From positions 1-32,000 of the forward strand of contig CP047921.1 in NCBI GenBank assembly GCA_010202845.1: a DNA stretch of 32,000 nt. The letters run 5' to 3'. Each line of letters begins with the position of its first letter. The stretch's first letter is position 1. Shown piece by piece: positions 1-9,030 of the stretch. The translations under genes and the position numbers were made by a program. The notes beneath the pieces are model-generated. The model had not been told where the DNA came from. It saw nothing but the letters and a program-made list of their open reading frames with translations, and searched no databases. Source of the DNA: Candidatus Saccharibacteria bacterium oral taxon 488. GTDB lineage: Bacteria > Patescibacteriota > Saccharimonadia > Saccharimonadales > Saccharimonadaceae.

Positions 1-1347
1 GTGAATAGTCAAGCTATTTGGCAGGGAGTGCTGGGTGAAATTGAAGTTTCAATTCCGCCATCATCATTTTCGACTTGGTTTAAGTCGACTGAGCTTGACA
101 TTATATCTGATAATGAGGTGGCTGTCCTATCACCCAACCCTTTCGTGTTGACACAACTAGAGAGACGCTATTATCAACGCATCGCTGACGGTTTGAAACG
201 AAATGGCCTTGCGGTCTCGACGATTCATTTTCGACCCAAAAAAACAGCTGCTCGAAAGCAACGCCTCAGCCGCGATGAACCAAATTCAGCGGCCGCCGCC
301 CAACCGATCATTAAGCAGTCTAAAAAATCAGTAACCAACCTTAACCCGCGCTACACCTTTGACAACTTTATCGTCGGCTCAAGTAATGACCTGGCGCACG
401 CCGCTTGTCAAGCGATTGCCGCTAACCCTGGCACCAAGTATAATCCGCTCTATTTGTATGGCGGTTCGGGGCTTGGTAAAACCCATCTGATGCAAGCTGT
501 TGGTAATGAGATTATCAAACGCCAACCCTCCGCTCGCGTATTATATACCACTACCGAGACCTTTGTCAGTGAATTTCTCGACTCGATTCGTTTCAAGAAA
601 AAAGGATTTTCCGACAAATATCGTAACGTCGATGTCTTGATTGTTGACGATATGCAGTTTATCGCCAACAAGGAAAAGACCCAAGACGAGTTCTTTCACA
701 CCTTTAACGACCTACACCAAAACGACAAGCAGATCATCATCAGCTCTGACAAGCCGCCGAAAAGCATCCCCACCCTAACCGACCGCCTGCGCAGTCGCTT
801 TGAGTGGGGTATGACAATTGACGTGCAGATGCCTGATTATGAAACTCGCTGTGCTATCGTTACTGCTAAGGCTGGCCTGAGCAACATTGAATTATCCGCC
901 GACGTTGTCGAATACCTCGCCACCAATTTCAAGACTAATATTCGCGAACTTGAAGGGGCGCTCAATCAACTCCTCGCCTACGCCGAGATGCAGAACATCA
1001 CACCCGATGCCGAAACCGCCGAGGGATTACTTGGTAATATCAAGCGCTCTCGCCCGCAACATATCACCGCCAAACAAATTATTGACAAAACCGCTCGCCA
1101 CTTTGGCGTTGAGGTCAAGGATGTGTGTTCGCCAAGGCGCGATAAATACATCATGCAGCCACGCCAAATTGCCATGTACCTGCTGCGGAGCGAGCTCAAG
1201 ATGAGCTTTCCAAAAATCGCCCAGGAGCTTGGCCGCAAAGACCACACTACTGCTATTCATTCGGTTGACAAAATTAGCAAGGAGATACTCATCAGCGTCA
1301 ATATTCGTGAACAAATTAACGACATCCGAGACAAGCTCTATGTGTAA
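1..1347 (+). CDS. dnaA: Chromosomal replication initiator protein DnaA
   Basis: 448-aa ORF with a GTG start at position 1. N-terminus is AIWQGVLGEIE...FSTWFKS. AAA+ Walker A is GGSGLGKTHL and Walker B-like is VLIVDDMQF. C-terminal HTH is DHTTAIHSVDKI, typical of DnaA domain IV. Confidence 0.97.
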   Translation: MNSQAIWQGVLGEIEVSIPPSSFSTWFKSTELDIISDNEVAVLSPNPFVLTQLERRYYQRIADGLKRNGLAVSTIHFRPKKTAARKQRLSRDEPNSAAAAQPIIKQSKKSVTNLNPRYTFDNFIVGSSNDLAHAACQAIAANPGTKYNPLYLYGGSGLGKTHLMQAVGNEIIKRQPSARVLYTTTETFVSEFLDSIRFKKKGFSDKYRNVDVLIVDDMQFIANKEKTQDEFFHTFNDLHQNDKQIIISSDKPPKSIPTLTDRLRSRFEWGMTIDVQMPDYETRCAIVTAKAGLSNIELSADVVEYLATNFKTNIRELEGALNQLLAYAEMQNITPDAETAEGLLGNIKRSRPQHITAKQIIDKTARHFGVEVKDVCSPRRDKYIMQPRQIAMYLLRSELKMSFPKIAQELGRKDHTTAIHSVDKISKEILISVNIREQINDIRDKLYV

Positions 1348-1607
1348 AACCTGGGTAAAACGTGCGTATAACCAGCGACAAACGTGTGAACGACTATCCA
1401 CTAATCTAGTTGTTATCAAATGGGCCAAGCAGCATCACGTGGACAATCAGCGTCTTATCCACGACACCATACCCAGCAAATCCACCGTCTTTTCCACTGA
1501 CACAATGCTACTATTACCCCTGTTTGAGCACAATATTTACCCAGTTTCCACAGCGCCTATTATTACTAATTACTGAATAAAATTAAGAAAGGATTTATAA
1601 TAAGAAT
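1348..1607. other. Candidate oriC: DnaA-box cluster plus AT-rich unwinding region in the dnaA-dnaN spacer
   Basis: Near-consensus TTATCCACA-like 9-mers: 1394-1402 CTATCCACT; 1438-1446 (reverse complement TTGTCCACG); 1455-1463 TTATCCACG; 1478-1486 AAATCCACC; 1490-1498 TTTTCCACT; 1544-1552 GTTTCCACA. A strongly AT-rich stretch follows at ~1556-1607. The 115-aa ORF called here (1229-1576) is judged spurious. Confidence 0.6.
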
Positions 1608-2708
1608 ATGAAACTCACCGTCACCCAAGAAAACCTCGCCAAAGCCCTCGCTAGCGTTGGGCGCATCGCCGCTAGTCGTAACGAACTAGCAATACTGAAC
1701 AATATTTTACTACGAACCGATGGCTCTCGGCTAGTCGTAGCGGCGACGAATCTGGAGATCGCCTCTACCCAGTATGTTGGCGCCAGGGTCGAGAAGCCCG
1801 GCTCGATAACTATCCCAGCTCGACTGGTGAGCGAATTCGTCGCCAGCCTGCCGAGTGGTACGGTCGAATTGGAGGTCAAGGACGAGCACCTACACCTGAC
1901 CGCAGACAAGTTTTCGTCAGTTATCAATGGCGTCGTGGCGGATGAGTTTCCAGAGCTACCGACGGTGGACGAGCAGACGGCAGTGCGACTGGATATGAGT
2001 GCCGATGAGCTAAAAAAGGCAGTTTCGCAAACCATTATTGCGACGTCTAGTGATACCACGCGGGCGGTGTTGACTGGTGTGTATTGGCATACCTACAACA
2101 GTGAGTTGTATCTAGCGGCTACGGACGGTTATCGGCTAGCGGAGAAACGGCTGATGAAGTTTGATGGCGAAATTGCGGCCATCGTGCCGGCATCGACATT
2201 GCAGGAAGTACTGCGGAGCCTCGACACCGAGACGAGTGATGTGAGTTTGTTTTTTGATGAAACGCAGGTTGGGTTTCGGACGGATCACTTAGAAATTGTG
2301 AGTCGGCTGATCGACGGTAAATTTCCCGACTATCGTCAATTGATCCCTAAGCTCGCCGAGACCGATGTGGCGATCAAGAAGGCTGATTTCCTGCGTATTA
2401 CCAAGGTTGCCAGCCTCTTTGCGCGCGAATCGGGTGGTGGTATCACCCTCAAGGCTAGTCACGAGCAAGCGCTACTATCAATCCATTCAATCGCTTCGGA
2501 ACTCGGCGAGAATACTTCTGAGGCCAGCGCCGAGGTGTCGAGTGACGGCGAAATTACGCTTAATTCTCGCTATCTGATCGAGTCACTTGGCGCTACTGAT
2601 GGCGAGACTGTTACCTTCTCGTTTAATGGTAAACTGTCGCCATGCGTCATCCGCGAGCAGACCCCTACGCCAGATTGCATGCATATTGTTATGCCGTTGA
2701 AGCGCTAG
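1608..2708 (+). CDS. dnaN: DNA polymerase III beta sliding clamp
   Basis: 366-aa ORF directly after dnaA. N-terminus MKLTVTQENLAKAL...ILNNILL and three-domain clamp length are typical. RLIDGKFPDYRQLIP motif is characteristic of DnaN. Confidence 0.95.
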   Translation: MKLTVTQENLAKALASVGRIAASRNELAILNNILLRTDGSRLVVAATNLEIASTQYVGARVEKPGSITIPARLVSEFVASLPSGTVELEVKDEHLHLTADKFSSVINGVVADEFPELPTVDEQTAVRLDMSADELKKAVSQTIIATSSDTTRAVLTGVYWHTYNSELYLAATDGYRLAEKRLMKFDGEIAAIVPASTLQEVLRSLDTETSDVSLFFDETQVGFRTDHLEIVSRLIDGKFPDYRQLIPKLAETDVAIKKADFLRITKVASLFARESGGGITLKASHEQALLSIHSIASELGENTSEASAEVSSDGEITLNSRYLIESLGATDGETVTFSFNGKLSPCVIREQTPTPDCMHIVMPLKR

Positions 2709-2709
2709 G

Positions 2710-4851
2710 CTAGTTGAGCGATCGACCATCTTGAGTAATAGTAATTCGTCGATTATTATCGTAATCAATAGTGATATTGTAGGCTAATTTATCCTCGACG
2801 GTAATAGTAAACGATAGTGTATTTTTTCCTGTTGATGTATCGCGTGTAATATTTTTTATCGTTGTTTGCGTGGCGATGCGCGATAGCCTATGGTCATAAG
2901 AATAATCACTCATGATTAGCTTTTCAATGTAGTCAGTGTCATTGCCGGTTAGTTGGTCGGATAATGAATTGCCGTACTGATCCTTTTGGCCGCTCCAGTT
3001 GACAACCAGATGCGGACTTCGTAGTCCACGCATTCGCGAAAAGTCATCATTACAGCCAAAATAACCGTATATTAGCTGATCGGTTGGTAAACATGAAACG
3101 GTTGTGCCATATTGATACTGAGCATCATCGTCAAGATTGGTCTTTTGTGACCACGTATATTCAACGAGATACGACTGCTGTAGGCTTTTAATATCAACAA
3201 TGAAGTTAACAGTGTGGATATCTTTTGCTTGATCATGAGTTTGCTTAAACGACCCGTCGCGGATAAGGATGTCTTTGATGGAGTTGTTTGGTAAATCACC
3301 CGTGTAGTTGTTGCGGATGGTAGTATATAATGCGTGACGAATTGTTTCGAGGGTTTTAGCGTCGGTCGGTTTACCATTTGTATATGTACTGAGATTTTCG
3401 ATATGCATTTCTCCACCAAGAGGGTTGCGTAGCAGTAGTATATAAGCAACCGTAGTGATAATAACAACACCAATAAACCCCAAGATAATGAAAATTAGTT
3501 TTTTATTATAGTGCAACATTACCGCCACCTCTACTTGTATTTGCTCCAACATAGCTCGCCACTGCTGACATATCAACTTCTGGTAGGCAAACTCATCCGG
3601 AAGATGTCCGAGCCAAGTTTTTGGATCATTAACCTTACCCGTAAGGATAAATCCAGATCCGCCACCTCGTTGCGTGCCATCACCGCGGCCCTTACCTGAA
3701 TTACCACAACTTGCGTGGCCAACGATGACATTATCGCCCTGAATGCCGAGGACAACTCCGGTGTGACCATAGCGTCCACCAGACCAACTAAACACAGCGC
3801 CGACTTTTGGTGTTTTACCGGTCGGTAGCTTTCGAGCATTTCTTAAGTGCTTAACAACGTGTTCGCCATTACCTGTGGTGCCGAGGTTTTTTGTTGAAGT
3901 AAATTTTTCAAGGAAGAATACAGAGAACGACACACAGTTTGATCCCCCACCATTACAAGTATTCCACAAGTAGTCACCCATAGCTTTGCGGCTTTCATTA
4001 TTTTTATTTTCGCCGTAATTCATCATGAATTTCTTCGCTTGCTCTTCGTTGAGACCGCCTTCGGAGATGGTGCCGCCTCCACCTCCACTACCGTCACTAC
4101 AGTTAGTGGCAGCACCAGAAGCGGCAGCGGCCGCGCTAGACGGATCTGGTTCCCAACTCATAGCTTTCATGGTATAAGCTACGCGAACTATAGTCTGTGG
4201 AATGCCAGCACCAAAAAATTTCTTTACCATAATAACAGCAGCAGCTGCGGCGTTGCCTGATGCTACCATCTCAGCTAACACGTTTTTACGTGAAGTTGGT
4301 GCAAGGTTCTGGAGTTGCCACCAGACGATAGCTAGTTGCACCTCGAGACTGGTAACATCACCCTGGACGCCAGCCTGCTGTTGCCAGTAGAGGACGGCTA
4401 CGCCAGGGTCCCATTGGGCGATTCCCCAGGCATCGCCCATACCAGCCGGTTTACTCGGGTTCCACGGGTGATACTTACCGCCGGCCTTGAGCGGATTTGG
4501 CTCGGAGCCTTTATTTTGACGAAGAATTGGGTTACCTTTTGACTCCTGATATAAATTACCAACGATTGCTGCTGCAACAAATTTTGGCGCACCTTTGGAT
4601 ATAAAGTAATTAAATGCTTTCTTTAGATTATCTTCGCCGACTAGCTCGCCTGCCGCCCCACTCGCTGACTGTGCGGCATTTGGTGAACAGTTTGTATCCT
4701 CAGAATTATTGCTAAAAAGAATGTTGTTGTCTTCAAATGTTGCCCGCAGCTGATCGGTATTTAACTCGGCAAATACTGGTGAACTCCCAAAAAGAAGCGA
4801 AATGATTGATATAATAACAGCGACTCTTTGAAAGGCTAATTTTCGTTCCAT
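2710..4851 (-). CDS. Secreted/membrane cell-wall hydrolase: tail-lysozyme-like domain + CHAP domain, fused to a TM helix and a C-terminal beta-rich domain (VirB1/PrgK-type T4SS hydrolase candidate)
   Basis: 713 aa. Signal peptide ends ...SSPVFA/ELN. AAAIVGNLYQESKGNP...GIAQWDP resembles phage-tail-lysozyme-type muramidase (~4207-4626). CHAP-like signature has Cys in SNCVSFSVFF and His in GRYGHTGVVLGIQGDNVIVGH (~3690-3970). An internal TM helix LIFIILGFIGVVIITTVAYILLL follows Met445 (ATG at 3519-3517). It is the last gene of the T4SS-like operon. Confidence 0.85.
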   Translation of the reverse strand: MERKLAFQRVAVIISIISLLFGSSPVFAELNTDQLRATFEDNNILFSNNSEDTNCSPNAAQSASGAAGELVGEDNLKKAFNYFISKGAPKFVAAAIVGNLYQESKGNPILRQNKGSEPNPLKAGGKYHPWNPSKPAGMGDAWGIAQWDPGVAVLYWQQQAGVQGDVTSLEVQLAIVWWQLQNLAPTSRKNVLAEMVASGNAAAAAVIMVKKFFGAGIPQTIVRVAYTMKAMSWEPDPSSAAAAASGAATNCSDGSGGGGGTISEGGLNEEQAKKFMMNYGENKNNESRKAMGDYLWNTCNGGGSNCVSFSVFFLEKFTSTKNLGTTGNGEHVVKHLRNARKLPTGKTPKVGAVFSWSGGRYGHTGVVLGIQGDNVIVGHASCGNSGKGRGDGTQRGGGSGFILTGKVNDPKTWLGHLPDEFAYQKLICQQWRAMLEQIQVEVAVMLHYNKKLIFIILGFIGVVIITTVAYILLLRNPLGGEMHIENLSTYTNGKPTDAKTLETIRHALYTTIRNNYTGDLPNNSIKDILIRDGSFKQTHDQAKDIHTVNFIVDIKSLQQSYLVEYTWSQKTNLDDDAQYQYGTTVSCLPTDQLIYGYFGCNDDFSRMRGLRSPHLVVNWSGQKDQYGNSLSDQLTGNDTDYIEKLIMSDYSYDHRLSRIATQTTIKNITRDTSTGKNTLSFTITVEDKLAYNITIDYDNNRRITITQDGRSLN

Positions 4852-5315
4852 AATTTTCTCGCTCGCTCTCTTGCGTTATCTGGTAATGTGTTACCGCTGG
4901 TTGTCTGCCACGCCTCTTTGCCGGTTGAGTATGCGATGAGCTGCAAATTGCCGTGACCATCTTTCTTTAATATGACATATAATGTGCGCGATGGGTTGTT
5001 GGTCGCAATATTGGCGGCAATTGCTTTCAGAAAAATCCACTCATTTTCGAAGTCAATTTTTTCGAGAAATGTTTGTCGCGGTGTTGTCGTAACTCGCAGG
5101 TCAGCAAAGGCAGCGGAGGCTGATTCGCGCAACGTTTTTTCTGGGATTGTGAGGTTTTTGGTTGACATTGGATTTAGCGGGGTGTTGTTGTGGACAACAA
5201 CCAAGACAATGGCGGCTATTAGCACGATCACTGCCACGCATAACCCGGCCATAATTATCAACGACCGCTTATCGTCACGTGGTTGCCGGGAGTAATAATT
5301 CATGTTATCTATCAC
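4836..5315 (-). CDS. Small bitopic membrane protein, T4SS-associated (VirB8/PrgL-sized candidate)
   Basis: 159 aa. GTG start forms a GTGA overlap with the upstream stop (5312-5315), with GGAG 11 nt upstream. One N-terminal TM helix (SLIIMAGLCVAVIVLIAAIVLVVV) and a ~110-aa extracytoplasmic domain. No recognizable motif. Confidence 0.6.
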   Translation of the reverse strand: MIDNMNYYSRQPRDDKRSLIIMAGLCVAVIVLIAAIVLVVVHNNTPLNPMSTKNLTIPEKTLRESASAAFADLRVTTTPRQTFLEKIDFENEWIFLKAIAANIATNNPSRTLYVILKKDGHGNLQLIAYSTGKEAWQTTSGNTLPDNARERARKLWNEN

Positions 5316-5812
5316 AATGTTACTGGCTCCCCGCTTGCGGTCCGAATGGTGACGGCGTTATCCGCGATAGTAAACTGTACAGCATACGCGGCGGTGTTCT
5401 TAACGGTCACGGTGAATGATATTACCTTTTCGTTAAAAACCACATTAGTGATCGTCCCAGACACAAGGGCATCAGAGGTCACATGTTTACTTACGTAGTG
5501 GCGAAGAATTGCTACAACGAGCGAATTTTGGGTGTCATCATTGATGAATGCGGCTAGTGTTTTATTGGCACTATTCTTCGTATCCCACCCACTGAGGACT
5601 AACTGCTGTGTGGTTGGCTGGCCACTGCCACCGGTTGGTCCCTCGTACTGCCCACCTCCCGACCGGGTAGAGCTATCATTAGATGACTGCGGCGGAGTCG
5701 ATGGGTTGGTTGGTGGTAGCAGCAGAATGACGACAACGACCGAGGCGGAGAGTATGATGAATGATAACGTAGCGATAATTGCTGTTTTGTGTGCTAAAAG
5801 AAACTCTCTCAC
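5312..5812 (-). CDS. Small bitopic membrane protein, T4SS-associated (VirB8/PrgL-sized candidate)
   Basis: Longest ORF runs to the ATG at 5854 (180 aa). GTG at 5812 is preferred: GGAGGG lies 8 nt upstream and it forms a GTGA start/stop overlap with the 1068-aa gene (5809-5812). One TM helix (AIIATLSFIILSASVVVVILLL), a P/S/T-rich linker, then a beta-rich domain. Its C-terminus resembles the end of the 713-aa protein. Confidence 0.6.
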   Translation of the reverse strand: MREFLLAHKTAIIATLSFIILSASVVVVILLLPPTNPSTPPQSSNDSSTRSGGGQYEGPTGGSGQPTTQQLVLSGWDTKNSANKTLAAFINDDTQNSLVVAILRHYVSKHVTSDALVSGTITNVVFNEKVISFTVTVKNTAAYAVQFTIADNAVTIRTASGEPVTL

Positions 5813-8800
5813 GTCGCCCGCCCTCCAACCTTTTTCGGTCCAGTGATCACCCACATGCCTGTTGTGCCATCATCCTCTTCATTTTTACCTTTATCTGCCT
5901 TTTCACCAAAGTGAAATTCGCTCGCCGCAAAACCAGCTTTATTTTCGGTGTTGGAGCGCTTATTCGGGTCACCAACGAGGAACTTACCATCAGCAGTCTT
6001 TCCGCGAATAAACATAATGTGACCACCACGAATAAACGGTGTTTTTCCACCAACCGATATGAGAACCAGGCCACCCTCGGACAGGCCTCTTGAGGCATTC
6101 TCGGCGCTTGGCTGTACTGCCTTAATCGTGACGCCAAATTTATCCTTAAATAGCTGGGCCTTACTTTCCCATATCCAATTCGAACCACAGCGTCCGCCAC
6201 CCCTCTGGCCATCGTTTTGATAGAAAAACTCAGCCATTTTTTCTGGATCAACGGTTGTATTGCCGACAGTCGAGACAATAGCAGCCATAGAGGTTGGCGC
6301 GCAGCCACACTCACCAATATTACCAATGCCGTATTTTTTATTCTTCCACGGCTCTTCTGACTGATAGTACATCTTGATCTGGTCGAGATTTTCGCCAGTT
6401 TGGGAGTTTGAGGCGTTATTAGACTGATTGCTGCCAACAAGTTCCTCGTCGTCTTCACCGTTGATGGAGTTTTGGATCTGATAATCCATTAAAAAGACGG
6501 AGATGGCGGCGAGGGTTCTGCTGTCGGCGGTGTCGATTGAGCCAAAGTCGGTGTCGGCGCTTGTTTTGCCATTTTCGCTTTCGACAACAGGACGATAACC
6601 GCCACTGGAGAGTTTGCCAGTACTTTGCCTGGTACTAGATTCATCGAGAACGCAGCCGGTCATATTGGTCGAGTATTCTGCTGAGCTGACATCGCTACAA
6701 GATTCAATAAACGATTTTAGCGGCGTATTGTCTTTTATATATCCTTTACTGACCAATGCCTCAATGTCGTCTTCTTTTTCTATATCAACACTTTCATCAA
6801 TCCACCCAGCCTTTGCCAGGATCTCTCGTGCCTCCTCAACACCCATATCATCCTGCTGTTTAGTGAAGCCCGTACACCCAGCGCCGGCAAAGTTCACTGC
6901 CGGGGTAACGTCGCGGCCATTAACCTCGGACTTTAAGCCAAAGTCTTCGGCATAACCACAGTAATTTGCCGAGTAGTTATCGCTCGCGTTGGCGGCGGTT
7001 CCAAATGAAAGCGCCATTGCTGGGAGGCGGATAATATTAGAGAAGATTGAAGCAAAAGAATTATTGTAACTGCCAGATTGGAGCATCATCTGACGTAAGT
7101 TAAAGGTAAGGCTACCAAGGAATGTGTGGCGGCTGGAGGTGTCGAATGGGCTGAGCGAGGCGAGGTCGTATTCACGTTGTTGTCGCTCGTTAGCGAGACG
7201 AACTTGATTAAAACTAGAGAGGCCTTTTTTAGATAATACCGGCAGATGTTTTGCTGAATTTGCTGCAGCAAAAAATGCACCAGCCGATGTTCCGAGCATG
7301 TCACCAAACTCCCTACCCTTGGCATTAGCAATATCATTATCACCGACGATGGCTTTAAAAATTGCCTGAACTGCTGCACTTGTGGCTGCTTTGGTTATTT
7401 CGCCTACAATGACAGAGGTGATCTGAGAGATTGCGAAATTACCCACTGCCTTGACAATACCACCGATAAGTGTCGGCGCTGCTAAGGCTGTCGCTGCTGC
7501 ATCGACGGCCATAGCAGAATACATAGCCTGATCGCTCATGATGACGTTGCACGCGCCCTTGGTGGCATCTTTGTATTGATACATTGCCTGGATGGCTGGG
7601 TGGCGACGAACCTTAAGCCCGGGGGCAAACTTTTCAGATAGCGGAACTTTATTTTTATTGACACCCATAGCGGAGAGCAGAAGTGGTGAATCAAGAGCCG
7701 ACTCGGCTTTGCCATTGCTGCCTTTGTGGCGAGAGGTCAACATTGTACCAACGAATTCCATACCGGCAGCAGTCATTGCGAAACGCGGATCAAGGCCTGA
7801 AGCTTTTTGTTGTGATCCCGGCGAGAGAACCATATTGGCTATTGGTGGAATAAGTGCTGCCATTTGCGCTCCGGCAACACCTCCAACAACAAAATCAGGT
7901 ATGTGTCCGGCGATACAGGCGCCTGTTGCGAGGGTATAGGCCGAACCAGCACGCCGCGCACGCTTTAGTTTTTTATCGGCATGTGCTTTGGCTTTGTTGC
8001 CCGACTCTTCAATGTCTGATTGGTTTATTTTATCATCAGCACGATATTCTTCGGATGGGGTCTTCTTTTTTTCACCGTCAGAGCCTGTTGAGCCTTGATT
8101 TTGTCGGTTATTCTTTTTGTTTTCTTCGGCCCATGTGGCCGCTCCTCCGTTTCGTTTTATACGCTTAAACTTACTAAAGAACTTTTTGGCGAGATATTTA
8201 CTTGACCAGACACGAAACCGCATATTAAATGCACCCGATCGACCAAGAACCTTGGCGGCAAGGCCGCGGTTTTCTTTAGCGCTTAAAAAACCAGGCAAGT
8301 CTTGAGCCTTGATGTGTTTGCCGTCAACAATAAATTTTTCGGGGTTACCATCGGGGTAGCCAAATCTTTTCAGGTTAAGCGGTTTGCCTTTAGTATCGGC
8401 CGCCACGACACCGTGCTTTGCGAGACGGCGTAAACCTTTATTTGAAATCGTGCCGGCCTTGCACTTCATCTTTTTACTATTGCAAACGCCGGGCTTTGTG
8501 ATCATATTCGCCAAGTTTTTTGCGAGACGTCGTTCAGAGACAACTGAACTAGAATCGTTGCCAAGAGTTAGGTTTTCCATGAGATTGATGAGCATTGATG
8601 CCGGACCAAACACCGAAGCCAGCAAACCACCACCAACACCAAATAATATCATTAAACCAGCGATACCGCCGCGTTTTTTAGCAAGAGCGATGAGCTTAGC
8701 GGCTTGACTTTTGGGCATAGTTCGATTAGATTTTTCTGGTTGATAAAAACCACTTTGTGGTCCTTGATTTGCAGTACCATTCTCTTTGTCTGTTATTTTT

Positions 8801-9015
8801 TGCGCGGCATCTTCAACACCGGTATCTCGATCCGACCGGTAGCTGAACTGGTCACCGTCAAGGCCATCATCCCTTAAACCAGCCTCTATCTGGTCAAGTG
8901 CTGCCTGCTCACCAGCATTCAGTCGCTCCGATGAATGCTCAAACGGATTTGCTCGCCCATCAGCATCGGAGTCGGTCGTGGTGTCAAATCGTGGCGGTCT
9001 TGTTTTTGTTGCCAT
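5809..9015 (-). CDS. Large membrane protein with C-terminal papain-like (Peptidase_C39-like/NlpC-type) cysteine peptidase domain; second T4SS-associated wall hydrolase candidate
   Basis: 1068 aa with GGAGG just upstream of the ATG. Several hydrophobic segments (GIAGLMILFGVGGGLLASVFGP; AYTLATGACIAGHIPDFVVGGVAGAQMAALIPP; ALAAPTLIGGIVKAVGNFAI). C-terminal YYQSEEPW...GNIGECGCAPTSMAAIV ... GGHIMFIRG ... VGDP matches the Cys/His/Asp layout of C39-like peptidases (~5930-6380). Confidence 0.8.
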   Translation of the reverse strand: MATKTRPPRFDTTTDSDADGRANPFEHSSERLNAGEQAALDQIEAGLRDDGLDGDQFSYRSDRDTGVEDAAQKITDKENGTANQGPQSGFYQPEKSNRTMPKSQAAKLIALAKKRGGIAGLMILFGVGGGLLASVFGPASMLINLMENLTLGNDSSSVVSERRLAKNLANMITKPGVCNSKKMKCKAGTISNKGLRRLAKHGVVAADTKGKPLNLKRFGYPDGNPEKFIVDGKHIKAQDLPGFLSAKENRGLAAKVLGRSGAFNMRFRVWSSKYLAKKFFSKFKRIKRNGGAATWAEENKKNNRQNQGSTGSDGEKKKTPSEEYRADDKINQSDIEESGNKAKAHADKKLKRARRAGSAYTLATGACIAGHIPDFVVGGVAGAQMAALIPPIANMVLSPGSQQKASGLDPRFAMTAAGMEFVGTMLTSRHKGSNGKAESALDSPLLLSAMGVNKNKVPLSEKFAPGLKVRRHPAIQAMYQYKDATKGACNVIMSDQAMYSAMAVDAAATALAAPTLIGGIVKAVGNFAISQITSVIVGEITKAATSAAVQAIFKAIVGDNDIANAKGREFGDMLGTSAGAFFAAANSAKHLPVLSKKGLSSFNQVRLANERQQREYDLASLSPFDTSSRHTFLGSLTFNLRQMMLQSGSYNNSFASIFSNIIRLPAMALSFGTAANASDNYSANYCGYAEDFGLKSEVNGRDVTPAVNFAGAGCTGFTKQQDDMGVEEAREILAKAGWIDESVDIEKEDDIEALVSKGYIKDNTPLKSFIESCSDVSSAEYSTNMTGCVLDESSTRQSTGKLSSGGYRPVVESENGKTSADTDFGSIDTADSRTLAAISVFLMDYQIQNSINGEDDEELVGSNQSNNASNSQTGENLDQIKMYYQSEEPWKNKKYGIGNIGECGCAPTSMAAIVSTVGNTTVDPEKMAEFFYQNDGQRGGGRCGSNWIWESKAQLFKDKFGVTIKAVQPSAENASRGLSEGGLVLISVGGKTPFIRGGHIMFIRGKTADGKFLVGDPNKRSNTENKAGFAASEFHFGEKADKGKNEEDDGTTGMWVITGPKKVGGRAT

Positions 9016-9030
9016 ATGCCTCCAATTATA

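Noticed and set aside
1229-1576. 115-aa plus-strand ORF spanning the end of dnaA and the dnaA-dnaN spacer
   Set aside because: It overlaps the dnaA 3' end and runs across the DnaA-box cluster. It has no ribosome-binding site and a non-protein-like composition. The region is better explained as oriC.
5847-6458. 203-aa minus-strand ORF and other alternative-frame ORFs inside the 1068-aa gene, such as 6614..6955, 7592..7939 and 8384..8707
   Set aside because: They are nested within or antisense to a long ORF with a recognizable catalytic domain. They have no independent motifs or start signals.
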